Source: Octopus sinensis
Taxonomy: Eukaryota
DNA length: 64,000 nucleotides
Assembly: GCF_006345805.1 (NCBI RefSeq)
Contig: NC_043013.1
Coordinates: forward strand, 4,216,001-4,280,000
Reading direction: 5' to 3'
Part shown: positions 12,611 to 25,324 of the stretch, piece by piece
Position numbering within the stretch: position 1 is the first letter of the stretch
How the letters are laid out: each line of letters opens with the position of its first letter
Position numbers and translations under genes: made by a program
Notes under the pieces: generated by a model
What the model saw: only the letters and a program-made list of their open reading frames with translations
Told to the model about the DNA's origin: nothing
The model's database searches: none

Positions 12611-13133
12611 ATATATATAATATATATATATGATAACAATTTAATAAATAAAGCATATGCATACATACATACATATATGTACATACCTACATCTATATGT
12701 ATATATACATGCATATATGAGTACAGGACACCACAAATAAACGTAGAACACAACGAGAAACGAAAACATAAAATCAAACAAGGAAACGAACATTTTTTAA
12801 CAGCGAAAAAACAGAGTACAAGACAAACAACACAAGGAACATTCCCCTTCTTCAGCTGCCCCTGTTTCGACTCAATGCGTGTTTCGAAGGTAAGGGCAGA
12901 ACACGATCAGACCGAAGCAGTCCTTCCTGCAAAATGAATTAAATAAAATTCTTTTGCAGAAGGGTAAAAAAGTGACAAGAACAGGACGTAAAAGCAATAC
13001 AAATGAAGAAAAAAAACAGTACAAATAAAGAATAAAAACAGAACAAGGAAACCAACATATATATATAAGGCAAATACGAATACGGAGAGGATATGCAATC
13101 GACATACACCAGCCAGTAAAACATTCAATTATA

Positions 13134-13174
<41 letters not shown>

Positions 13175-13353
13175 TATATATATATATTATATATATATAT
13201 ATGAATAACAAGACTAGTAATAATATGGCTGATGTTTGTCGATTGTATATTCTCTCCATTTTCTTATTTGCCTTATAAATCCTGGGTAAATTAGAAATTT
13301 ACCCAGGATATTTAATATCCCTTAGATGGTTTGTTAACCTCTAACGCATACAA

Positions 13354-13407
<54 letters not shown>

Positions 13408-13447
13408 TATATACACATATACATGTTTATATATATATATATATATT

Positions 13448-13495
<48 letters not shown>

Positions 13496-14099
13496 TATAT
13501 AATATATTATATATATATATGTTTGTATATATATATATATATATGTATACACAAACGCGCACACACACACAGACACATACACACACACACATATATATAT
13601 ATATATATGCATACACACATATACATAAAGCAAATTTTAAATTTTTTTGTCGTATTATTTAATGCAACTTTTCCTTAAACGACTTATCTTCGTATCACCT
13701 GCTACATATAATTTTTATTTGCATATATAACACTCTAGTCAATGTGTACATCGATGGGCTAATGTGCAAATTTCTTGTCTGGTATTTGACATGCATAATC
13801 GCTAGTATCCTTTGTTTTTAGCAGAAAACCTTCCTGGATTATGTGTTATTTTATGTATATTTTATCAAGAAAATAGATGTGATGATCATTGGTGGAAGGT
13901 CTTTGATTATATCACAACAACCATGCATGCGATGCTGAATAACCAAGAGCGAAATTCTTTGCAATATCAGTAGAAATTAAAAAAAAACGACAATGATAAA
14001 CATAAGGTAAGAGTGAACTCTTGTGGTGGCGGTGGCGGTGGTGATGATGCTGATGATAATGACAGTGGCACAAGTGGTTGTAGCCGCAGCGACAGCAAA

Positions 14100-14451
<352 letters not shown>

Positions 14452-14619
14452 AGCAGCTTTTAAGAAATAACTAATTTCTACACCGGATTGGTTTTCGAAT
14501 TTCCAAGAGAAGGATATGAAAGTTACGCTGCGATCCAGTTGAAGCTTAATTCTGGCGAGTTGTAGCTATTAGAAAGCACGCTAAGGATATGAAGAGACTG
14601 CAGGAGTAAGAGATAGACA

Positions 14620-14800
<181 letters not shown>

Positions 14801-14877
14801 AGAGAAACACAAGACAAATAGAAAGAGAGATAGGGAGAGAGACAGACAGACAGAAGGAGACAAATGGATAGAGAGCT

Positions 14878-14908
<31 letters not shown>

Positions 14909-15049
14909 GAGACACAGAGAGACACAGAAACAGAGAGGGAGAGAGAGATATAGAAAGAAAGACGGAGAGAGAGAGAAGGGGAGAAATAGGTGGACAGACA
15001 GAGACAGAAACAGTGAGAGGAGAGCAAGTGAGAGATAGACAGACGGGCA

Positions 15050-15083
<34 letters not shown>

Positions 15084-15309
15084 AAGAGCCCTTGTGAAAA
15101 GTTTGGGATGTTTCAGTGGTAATGTTTCCCAGTAGAAGGCAGCGAAGTTTAATCCAAGCCCGGGGGTGGCTGAGAAGAGGGAGGCGGGACGATGTGAGAG
15201 AAGTGGAAGTGGAAGTTTTGTTGAGATAAACTCAATGACAGCAATTGGTAGAAAATTATTTCTGAGGTCAGGTGGAGGAATACATATTAAATGTAATGGC
15301 ACTAATACT

Positions 15310-15415
15310 GCTAGCACCAGCACCAGCGCCACCAGCAGTACCACTACCACCACTAGCACCGCTACCACCACCACCACCACCACTACCACCACCACCACCA
15401 CCACCACCACCACCT
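15310..15415. repeat. (ACC)n microsatellite
   Basis: Direct reading. Confidence 0.9.
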
Positions 15416-16099
15416 TCATCACTAATGTTAAATTATTCATGTTCAAAAAAGAAATACGACCATTTAATGACAACTGAGATGTCTAGGACAACGGTGACAA
15501 CGATGATAATGATGATGACGACGATGACGACGATGTTGATGATGATGATGATTAGGAGGAGGAGGAGGAGGAAGAGGAGGTGGAGGAGAAAGGAAGAGAG
15601 TTAGCGATGACAATAAGGATTAGCATGATTGTGTTGTTAACAATGTTATTGATGATGTTCCTAAATGTTGCTAGTGATGCTGTTCCGTCCGACTGAAGGC
15701 GGTGGTGATGTAAATGATGGTGTTGATGATGATGATAGTGTTGATGGTTATGTTGATAATGATGGTATTTATTCAAGTGATTGCATTGCTGTTTTGCGAA
15801 GGGTAATGAGTTGGCAAAAATGTTAAAAAGTCAGTCTAAACGTCTAAAGTATTTAGTGTCAGTCCTCTGTCTTCGTTTCCTAATCACGCCTTTACCACCG
15901 TTTATATTTTGCTGTCTATTCCATTACGTATATGCCTGGTATTAGTCATTATAATAACTCAACCGATTGGCAGAGAGTAAATGACAAGGCATACTTCACC
16001 CGTTAGCGCCCACAGACATGCTGTGACTTCTGCTTTTTCTACAGTGACTACAATAGCTTTTATAGTCTATGTATTATATAGCCACCGAACAAAAAAGCA

Positions 16100-16395
16100 G
16101 AGGAAACAACATGTCTTGGACTAATACCAGTTTCGGAGCTTCCTGAGCTCATACCATCTATACTCAGACATTCCCTACCCTCTTCTCTTCTCATCACCCA
16201 AGCCCTCCATTAACCACTATACCCATTCTTTCCTTTCTGGCCACAACTCAACCCTACGTGAATGTGTTTTCGCCAGATGTTGACTTGCAATTGTTCAAGA
16301 AGAACATCAACGCCATTAATCTCTCAACGGCCTCGAAAGGATTACGAGGGGCCATGGACATGTTCCTTTTACCAGACTAAACAAGAAAGAAAACA
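16100..16395 (+). mobile_element. Decayed LINE 3' end (Jockey/CR1 group)
   Basis: Frameshifted NHYTHSFL / VNVFSPDVDLQLFKKNINAINL resembles the conserved C-terminal tail of Jockey/CR1-group ORF2. Confidence 0.5.
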
Positions 16396-17032
16396 ATGAA
16401 AGAATAGATATAGGTTGAGTCACAACATACTGTTAAACCGTGTAGATTCTATCGGGACGGCCAGAACCTTATTTCTTCTCAAATTGGGATCTGCTAATCC
16501 TTTTTTTTTTGTTAATGTTATTTAAACATATGCTGTTTTATCTCAAAATAACTGATCAGTCAGTAATAGTTGCTAACTTTGCTATTTTATCCAACTTAGT
16601 ACGGATTCCCACATATTTTTATGTTTGCGATGAGAAATAATTTTCAATAATATGAAGCAACTAGGCACACGTTTGATAAAAACAGATGTTAGACATTTAT
16701 ATGGTACCAATATGAGCGTAGAAAAAACTATTGGTACTCAATCGAATTTCGTCAGCAAGCCTGATGCTATTTTCTTTTTCCAAATTTGTATACAAATATT
16801 TAACATAATTTATATGAAAAGAATTTTCGCAGTTATTTCTCACCTCTATCATCCGTTATCAATTTCATATGTTCTGGTAAAAAGAAATAGATAATTATGA
16901 AAGAGGAGAACAAATTCGAAATATATGAGTGCGGCTGATAGTAAATGACCGTCTCTTAAAATATAGTAAATGCGCCATACACTAGAACAGTGGCTCCTAA
17001 CCTGTGGTCTGCGGACTAAATTCAAAATTTCA

Positions 17033-17200
17033 GGCGCTGGAGTGGGTGTGTGGTAAGAAGTTTGCTTCCCACCCACATGATTCCAGGCTCAGTCTCACTG
17101 CGTGGCACCTTGGGCAAGTGTCTTCTACTATAGCCACGGGCCAACCAAAGCCTTGTAAGAGGATTTGGTAGACGGAAACTGAAAGAAGTCCGTTGTATGT
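17033..17200 (+). mobile_element. SINE family B, 5' half (nested in the MITE)
   Basis: GGCGCTGGAGTGGGTGTGTGGTAAG...GGCACCTTGGGCAAGTGTCTTCTACTATAG...GGAAACTGAAAGAAG. Confidence 0.85.
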
Positions 17201-17241
17201 ATGTCTATATCTATATCTATAGCCATCTATCTCTCTATCTC

Positions 17242-17331
<90 letters not shown>

Positions 17332-17334
<3 letters not shown>

Positions 17335-17905
17335 TTATAAGTTTGTTTATAAATTTAACCTTTAAAGGTATTTTTTAATATGCTGACCATTGATAAAATT
17401 TTTTTCGAAAAAATTTTATCCTACATTAAATATAAATTTAATAGTGTTCACTTCCGGACTCTCTCACTCTGTGAGAGCCTCAGTTCAAATCGCACGTGTC
17501 TCAAATGGGCTGGAGTATTTCTATTTTGGATGTATTTGGGGTACTTAATTGTGCTCACGACTTAGTGTTTGCTTCTTCCATGGGTATGAGTAAGTATCTC
17601 ATTTATTTATTTTGTCGCATTTATCACTGACGAAGGGAGGGTTCTTACGAACTAACCCTGAAATCGGTCCGATATGATAATAATAGAAGTTTTTAGAGAT
17701 TTCTGTCGACCTTTTTTTTGAGTAGCGTGCGTATTGTGAAAAATTATATGGTTATGGACAGGGTGTCTAATTTCGGCATATTTGGCATTAGAAATTTTTT
17801 CGTTTGCCCTTATTTATAAGTTTGTTTATAAATTTAACCTTTAATGGTATTTTTAATATGCTGGCCATATTTTTCGAAAACAAATTTTATCCTACATTAA
17901 ATATA
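17332..17905 (+). mobile_element. Non-coding 479-bp unit with ~100-bp terminal direct repeat and internal hammerhead (Penelope pLTR / retrozyme-like)
   Basis: 17332-17434 is repeated at 17811-17905; hammerhead at 17621-17680; flanked by TA/CTAT microsatellites. Confidence 0.7.
17621..17680 (+). ncRNA. Minimal type I hammerhead ribozyme, canonical core
   Basis: UUAUCA-CUGACGA-AGGG...GGUUC(UUAC)GAACU...CCCU-GAAA-UCGG(U)CCGA-UA-UGAUAA: 6-bp stem I, extended stem II, palindromic stem III, AUA site with predicted cleavage after 17674. Confidence 0.85.
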
Positions 17906-18354
17906 TATATATAAGGGTTGGGAACCATTGTTGGAAGCAAACCCCTGTGAAAAGGTTGGGTACCATTGCACTAGAATATTGTTCTGTGTGTTAACGCATT
18001 CGTACACATCGTCTGATCACTGCACGACTAACGAGGAAATTCATCGTCACTTATACCGCCTAACAATCTTTCTCTCTATGGATCTCTATTCTTCTGCAAC
18101 TTCTGTAGTGTTTAACGTGGTATGTGGGTGAATTTGTGTAATTTGAGATCTAAATATAATTTTGGGTGATATCATTGTGCTTCATTGATATTCTCTTTTC
18201 TGTACTGTTTTTATACCAAGATTTGATTAGACGCATTGAAATTTCCAAATGAAGTGTTTGTAAAAATGGTACTATACAATATCGGGGACGGTTGAACAGT
18301 AAGCTTAATGCTTCTTCTGCGTATCGTTTGTAATACTTACATGTACTTTACGCA

Positions 18355-18545
18355 CGTTATTCTTTCTCATAATATGATAACAAGGCCGACTTGCCCTTGG
18401 GCTAAACCGATTAAATCGGTCCCTAGTACTGGTACTTTATTTTATCGTACCATGCAAGGCATGAAAAACCAAGTCGATCTCGGGAGAATTTGAACTTAAA
18501 ACGTGAATAACAGATTAATGTCACTTAGCGTTTTGCCCAGCTCGT
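18355..18545 (-). mobile_element. Diverged SINE family A
   Basis: GGTACTTTATTTTATCG...GGCATGAAAAACCAAGTCGATCTCGGGAGAATTTGAACT. Confidence 0.65.
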
Positions 18546-18949
18546 CACTCTTAATATTTTCAGCAGATAAAATACGGAATATCGTATCATTTGTCCACTG
18601 CAGCTATATGAGGCCTCCAGTATGTAATCGGTAGTTCATTCTCGCCTTATTAGGATTTAATCTGGGATGATTTAAGGCGAATTTTTATCTGTTGAAGTTC
18701 CTGTTCTTAGGATTAGTTTGATATATGTGTTGACTTCCATGGTTGTGTGGTGCTTATTGCTTTCTTTGGTTGTTGTTATATATTTTGTGGATGATGCGTT
18801 AGATTTTAGTTTGATGGAGACTTTTTGGCGTGATCATTTACTCTTTTCCACAAGTTCCTTGTTAGATTTACACTGTTTGAAAATGATGTAAAGATGCCAT
18901 ATTAAGGCAGAAAGAAGCAACCTCGCCCCAGGCATAAAGTTTTGCTTCA

Positions 18950-20010
18950 GAGACTTATGCGTTCATGGAAAATAAAGCCCCAAATCTCCTCTCATCACAT
19001 GCCAAACATCGACATAAAAAAAGGCTGATATAAAAACTTTCACCAAAAGATAGAATTCTACAATAAGAAACGTCGTCACATGCAAGACCTGCACTTTAAA
19101 AAAGATAATTATTGGAGCATCAAAAGAAAGATCCTACAAGACAACGAAACTGTAATATTCAACTTAATATAACTAAGGGATACCCTCTCATCTAACACTC
19201 TAGTATAATACATGAAGACCACTCATAACAGGAGGGGGGGGGATATCAAGAAACTAAATAAGAAATTTAAAAAAAAAGCAAAGGAAACTGACAAATGTTT
19301 TTTATCAAACATAAACCCCGAAATAAGTAGTAAAATGCTAAAGACCAGCTACTTCATAATTCAATGACAATTTCAAGTAATATTCTGAAATGAAATTAAT
19401 GACCCTCATTATCAGACAAACTGATGACTGACAAACTCACACACAAACACTCAAAATACAAGAGACACTCCCACACCGAAGACGATACTGGTGTTTTTCT
19501 TTATTTAAGCACATAAAACAACAACTTGGTCCCACAAAATACCTTTATGTACATCGAAGATACACAAAGGCCGGACGTAATTATTGCATATCTCAATATC
19601 TCCAAGTATTCATGTCAATATTGTAATATCTCCAGAATTTTGAAACGAGGTAAAGTTGTAATAATTTATAACAAAATCTAACCGACACACCATCAACCAG
19701 ACCCATTATTTTTTTTTACACATCCACATAATTGCTCCAAAGATTCATCACCAACATATACCGTTGCCTTACTAACTCACAAACATCTCACAAACAGCAT
19801 ACGGTAAATTTGAGCAACACAAAGATCCCAGCTAACGCTTTTCTATTCACTAATCTTATCAGCTTAGAGCAACTGGAATATTAAAACATCATAAGAAAGA
19901 ACCAAAGTGCTGACTAGCGAATATTGACGGACTCAACGACTTTTTTCTAATGAACCAGCCTGAAGAAGGGACCATCACAGACCATTAAAAGACCATCCAA
20001 GACTGATGAG
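18950..20010 (+). mobile_element. Highly decayed Penelope-like element (RT C-terminus, GIY-YIG, hammerhead remnant)
   Basis: Broken frames: ...ITKGYPL (~19178), TFMYIEDTQR (~19545), HTVNLSNTKIPANAFLFTNLISLEQLEY (~19797-19881); then CTGAAGAAGGG at 19960. Confidence 0.5.
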
Positions 20011-21166
20011 GTCGGCTTGATTAGAAGCAAATACAAGCAGGAAAGAAATTCCAGAGAGGAACGAATGGTCACAGTGGACTACAGAGATGGAGAAAGAAGT
20101 ATAAAAAGAGGGAATAAGTAATCCTATAGCAGACCTTTCTGCTTTAAGGAGTAAAGACCACGGTCTTACAGATAACAGAAGCAGAGGGCAGAGATAGTAT
20201 GCAGTGGTCTAGAGTTTTCGAGACCACATGCAACTTTATGCCAATCAGCAGGATAACACTTTTGAAATAAAACCAGGGATGTGTTGTCGCGTAAACAGCA
20301 TCATCATCTCAGTTGTAGTATCAACAAATGTTTGCACAGGGTCAGTAGATTTTAATAATAATGCATCTTTAATCTATAATTTTCCATGATCTGTCGACTC
20401 ATTCACGAAGCATATACTCGATACCATACATATACAAGACTACAATAGCTTGTATCGTTACAGGAATAGACTGGGTCACTAAACACTGAACAAATGCAAA
20501 TCATAGATGTCGGATTTGCCAGTCATGGCTTATCGTATTTGCAGGAAAAGGGAAACAGGCTGTAACTTGGAAGTTTGATTTGTATGCGTTCGGCCGTCTA
20601 CCCGACTACCTTAGAACTGATCAATTAGGACTGTCCGGCGGGTACAAAACAACAACAATAACAACTCTGAGTGTTACAACCGACAGAACAGTGTAGGGGT
20701 AGGGCGTGTCCCTTCCTCAATCGAGACGTTACATAGAAAACAAATACACAACAGCAGCAATACTGTTCATTAAAGAAAGGCAGTTGTTATGTTGTGACCG
20801 GCAATACATAGACTATCTTCGCTGTGTCTAATACTTGAGGCTGTAGGTATACAGAAACAGACTAGAACGTTGACGAAATGCATTTTACTCCAATTCCAAC
20901 TAAAAGTGATAAGACTCCACATACCAGTATGGCCTTCAACTATATAAGAAAAAGTGATCTAGAGCACTGAGCTTGTCGATCACAGTCTGATATTTACATA
21001 GCATAAGCTGCTTGTTTAGCACCTTCGAAGATATCACTGCAACGCCATCATCATCATCATCATCATCATCTATCGGTAAGGGCTTTCTGTTTAAATCCCA
21101 TACTCCTGATACATTCTGATACTGAACCACACTCTTAGGCAGTTTCCAGTTCATTTTTCAGTAAAA

Positions 21167-21223
21167 CGGGCTCCTCAGAAGTACTCGGGCTCCTCAGAGG
21201 TACTCGGGCTACTCAGAAGTACT
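21167..21223. repeat. 19-bp minisatellite x3
   Basis: CGGGCTCCTCAGAAGTACT, CGGGCTCCTCAGAGGTACT, CGGGCTACTCAGAAGTACT. Confidence 0.9.
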
Positions 21224-21239
21224 TGTTCCAACCTTTCTC

Positions 21240-21648
21240 TTTTACCCTTTTACTTTTACTTGTTTCAGTCATTTGACTGCGGCCATGCTGGAGCACCGCC
21301 TTTAATCGAGCAACTCGACCCCGGGACTTATTCTTTTGTAAGCCCAGTACTTATTCTATCGGTCTCTTTTACCGAACCGCTAAGTAACGGGGACATAAAT
21401 ACACCAGCATCGGTTGTCAAGCAATGCTAGGGGGACAAACACAGACACACAAACACACACACGCATATATATATATACATATATACGACGGGCTTCTTTC
21501 AGTTTCCGTCTACCAAATCCACTCACAAGGATTTGGTCGGCCCGAGGCTATAGTAGAAGACACTTGCCCAAGGTGCCTTGCAGTGGGACTGAACCTGGAA
21601 CCATGTGGCTGGTAAACAAGCTACTTACCACACAGCCACTCCTGCGCC
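21240..21648 (-). mobile_element. SINE family B, full length (best copy)
   Basis: tRNA-like head GGCGCAGGAGTGGCTGTGTGGTAAG with B-box-like GGTTCAGTCCC, CORE-like CCTTGGGCAAGTGTCTT, short internal TA/GT tract, 3' half ending GACTGAAACAAGTAAAAGTAAAAGG. Confidence 0.9.
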
Positions 21649-21864
21649 TGTTTATATTATGCAATCGCCAATTATTGACTTTCAATAAATCAAATAAAAT
21701 GTTAAACGATTAATTCCAAAAATCTCGAACACACCATTTCAGACAGTTAAAAAAAACCCCAAAACATTGTAATCTCACCTCAGAGGGGGGAAATAATAAA
21801 ATTCTGCATTGTCAGGACTTTTGTTGGTGAGAACGAAGTATAAACAGCGATTTTTGAACAGTAC

Positions 21865-21896
<32 letters not shown>

Positions 21897-22814
21897 GTGT
21901 GTGTGTGTGTGTGTGTGTTTGCCTCTGTGTGTGTGTGTATGTGTGTGTGTGAAAGAGAGAGCGATCTATACACAGTGTGTCCCTCCCCCATAAGAGTTGT
22001 TTCTGTTTCTTCGGGTGTCCTGCAACACGATTCATTGCCGCTCCCCTTTACATATACTACACCGATCATGCAAACAAGTATTGTCCAGAAAATAGTTGTC
22101 TCCCAGCGAGTTTACACCGAGGCAGGCTTCCGGTTTGTTTGACATAAACAAAGATCATTGCTCTTTATCTCTCTTCTTTGTCTCTCTCTCTCTCTCTTTT
22201 CCTCCCCTTGCACTCGGTTGTCATTCACTAATGGCAGCAAATCTTCGACATAGACATCTCCCTTTTCCGTCGTCCTCCAGACATGAAGTAGTTTTGTAAC
22301 CGTATTCCATTGTGTTCTCTTGACTCTAATTAGTTCAACAATTGTTACCACTTGCTGCTAACATTGTTTTGCGTATTCTAGCCCTGGCTATCCCTCTTAG
22401 ATTTTTCTTCTTATTCTTATTTCAATTTTTTTAGCTTCCATTCAAACTCTGCACTAGTTTCTTTTGTCAATTTTTCATCTTCCATTTCATCTCATTCATT
22501 ATATCGACTTCTATTTTAGGATTTAACTCCGCATATTCACAAGTTCATTCGAGTACATTAATGATTTGATTTAGATGCATGTGTACTCTCTCTCTGCTTT
22601 GCACATGTGTATGTGTGCGGGCGCGCACGTGTTCGGGGTGTGTGTGTTTGTGTGTGTATATATGAGCGCTTGTTTAAGAATAATAAATTTGTACTCTATA
22701 CAAATATAGAGTAACCCATGAGATTAATGCAAAATTGTTTGTTGTAACTAAATATGAAAACATTGATACACACATACACACGCGCTCACACACACAAATG
22801 TGTGTGTATATATT

Positions 22815-22898
<84 letters not shown>

Positions 22899-22905
22899 GT
22901 GTGTA

Positions 22906-23032
22906 GGCGCAGGCGTGACTATTGTAAGAAGCTTACTCCCCAACCATATTGTTCCGGGTTGAGTGGCACCTTGAACAAGCATCTTCTGCTATAGCCTCGG
23001 GCGAACAAAAGCATTGTGTGTGGATTTGGTCG
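22906..23032 (+). mobile_element. SINE family B, 5' half
   Basis: GGCGCAGGCGTGACT...GGCACCTTGAACAAGCATCTTCTGCTATAG. Confidence 0.7.
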
Positions 23033-23089
23033 TATTTATATATATGAATGTATGTATTTATGTATGTATGTATGTATGTATGTATATTA

Positions 23090-23635
23090 TGTCAGGTCAC
23101 TTTCGAGTGCTACTGGTAACATGTAACCCAGTACAACCTGTTGCATGGTCGGGTCGTCGGCGACTAAACCGGCAACCACACCAAGCTTGCTTGGTGAGGA
23201 GGGTGTTTATTGGACACCCTGCGGGATGAAAAACAAAACCCGTCAAAGGGCAGAGGAACTCTTGAGAGTCAACGGCCATCCAATAAATGTCTTAAGGATG
23301 TATAATGCGCGGGGACATAGAAACAATCGGACTGAATACCCGATCGCGCGGTTCAACCATTGAAAGTGAAGGACTCCTAGCCTTTGTTAGGGCATCCTTC
23401 TAGGAGAAGGTAACTCAGGTAACTGGGATAACTCCAACATAAAATCTGCGGCTCAGTGGTTACCGATGATGTTGACTTGTTCTTCTTTTCGGATTATGGC
23501 TGCTGTTGCTTAGTGAGTGGGATTGACTCAGTGCATAGCCTTTCCTCAATTTAAAAAAAAAAACTTCTTGCACAGGCATTGCACAATAACAACATTGATT
23601 AAGCTTCGTGCAATGGCCATACTCGATAACGTATA
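23090..23635 (+). mobile_element. Structured, GC-richer repeat; putative 5' UTR and start codon of a LINE (possibly RTE)
   Basis: Several hairpins; ends TTAAGCTTCGTGCA-ATG-GCC-ATA-CTC-GAT-AAC, shared with 47197-47230; the class assignment is inference only. Confidence 0.4.
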
Positions 23636-23645
23636 TATATATATA

Positions 23646-23835
23646 TATATAATATTAATTAGAGACAAAACCACTATTTTGCAAAACAAACAAGGAAAGA
23701 CTTAATCAATACATAAAATTCTAATAAATTATTTTTTTACTTTTTTTTACTTTCTATTAAAATTTTATGTATTGATTAAGTCTTTCCTTGTTTGTTTTGC
23801 AAAATAGTGGTTTTGTCTCTAATTAATATTATATA
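23646..23835. repeat. 75-bp perfect inverted repeat, 40-bp spacer
   Basis: 23646-23720 is the reverse complement of 23761-23835. Confidence 0.9.
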
Positions 23836-24179
23836 ATATTTTACTATAAAATTGGATTTAATCCTAAATCTGATTTTTTCCCTGTAAATTTGGATTTATT
23901 CCCTAATATTTATTATATATATATATATATATATACATAAGTAATTATTTAGACCTTGGGTTATATGCTTAGTAGTATGCCGATTAAAACGTTTTCACCG
24001 TTTAGGCTACCTGTTGTCGTCTCTACATTTATACAGACTGGAAACTCGCTGGATCTACCTCAGGAATTCTGCAGCGTTCGTTGAGGGAAACGGAAAATGT
24101 TGGAAACTTCATTTTCCGTTCCCCACCACATACACACACATATATATATATATATATGCATGCATGTATGTATGTATGT

Positions 24180-24390
24180 GTGTGTGTCTTAGTGTCTGCG
24201 TTTGTGCCCCGTCATCGCTTGACAACTGCTGTTGGTGTGTTTACGTCATCCTTAACCTGGCGGTTAAGAGATTGATAGGAATAAGTACTAGGCTTAAAAA
24301 ATTAATCATGGGTCAATTTACTCGACTAAAACCCTTCAAGGTGATGCTCCAGCATGGCTGTCGCCACATGACTAAAACAAACAAAAGAAT
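24180..24390 (+). mobile_element. SINE family B, 3' half
   Basis: CATCGCTTGACAAC...GGAATAAGTACTAGGCTT...GCTCCAGCATGGC. Confidence 0.75.
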
Positions 24391-24428
24391 ATATATATAT
24401 ATATATATATATAAACACATATATATGC

Positions 24429-24582
<154 letters not shown>

Positions 24583-24808
24583 ATATATATATGAATATGA
24601 GAAAGTTTGACTTCAGTTAGAACAGTTTTACTTTGGAGGGTTTCTTACATGTTAGTGTTAATATTTGAAACGATCGTATGTATAGATTAAAATGCTATCA
24701 AACTTTTAACATCTCTTCTCCATTTGTAATTATTTGTTGACTTTATATAGGACTGTTTTCTATAAATGCTCATAATAACCTTATACTTATATATGTATAT
24801 ACATACAC

Positions 24809-24887
<79 letters not shown>

Positions 24888-25178
24888 AGATCAAGGCATT
24901 GAGATGTAGGAAGAAAGTTAGCTTCAAGAAATCGGTAGTAAGTATAAAAAAACAACTTTCAGAGACAATAGTGGTTTATTGAGACGGAAGGTTGTAGATT
25001 TTTTTCGTATCGAACTGAAAAAAGTTTTTATATTTCGCGGTAGGCGACCAGGGTTGCCGGGTATGCAAATAAGAATACAAGAGTTAAAGAATGGAGTAGA
25101 TAAGATCCGGGCTACATATGTTTTATAGCTAACAGAAATTCGGAAGTGGTGAATTTCCAAGTGAGATATGTACCGCAG

Positions 25179-25301
25179 ATAAGTACCAGTTACGTGAGAT
25201 AAGTACCAGTTACGCACTGGGGTCGATGTAATCGACTTAATCCGTTTGTCTGTCCTTGTTTGTCCCCTCTGTGTTTAGCCCCATGTGGGTAATAAAGAAA
25301 C
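25179..25301 (+). mobile_element. 5'-truncated SINE family A (tail type 2) with 15-bp TSD
   Basis: AGATATGTACCGCAG at 25164-25178 and 25302-25316. Confidence 0.85.
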
Positions 25302-25324
25302 AGATATGTACCGCAGGCTTTGCG

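Larger units (their letters stand above)
16988..17968. mobile_element. hAT (Charlie-like) MITE expanded by nested insertions
   Basis: 5' TIR CAGTGGCTCCTAACC, 3' TIR GGTTGGGTACCATTG; exact 8-bp TSD CACTAGAA at 16980-16987 and 17969-17976; an extra TIR-like copy at 17913-17930. Confidence 0.8.

Noticed and set aside
21167-21223. CRISPR-like array
   Set aside because: Units are contiguous with no spacers, and the context is eukaryotic.
23370-23420. HDV-like or twister ribozyme fit to the CTCCTAG/CTAGGAG region
   Set aside because: Loop and pseudoknot lengths do not fit either consensus by eye.
24900-25160. Possible Penelope RT motif (QFDTKKIY.PSVS) on the minus strand
   Set aside because: Needs a frameshift and has no other supporting motif.
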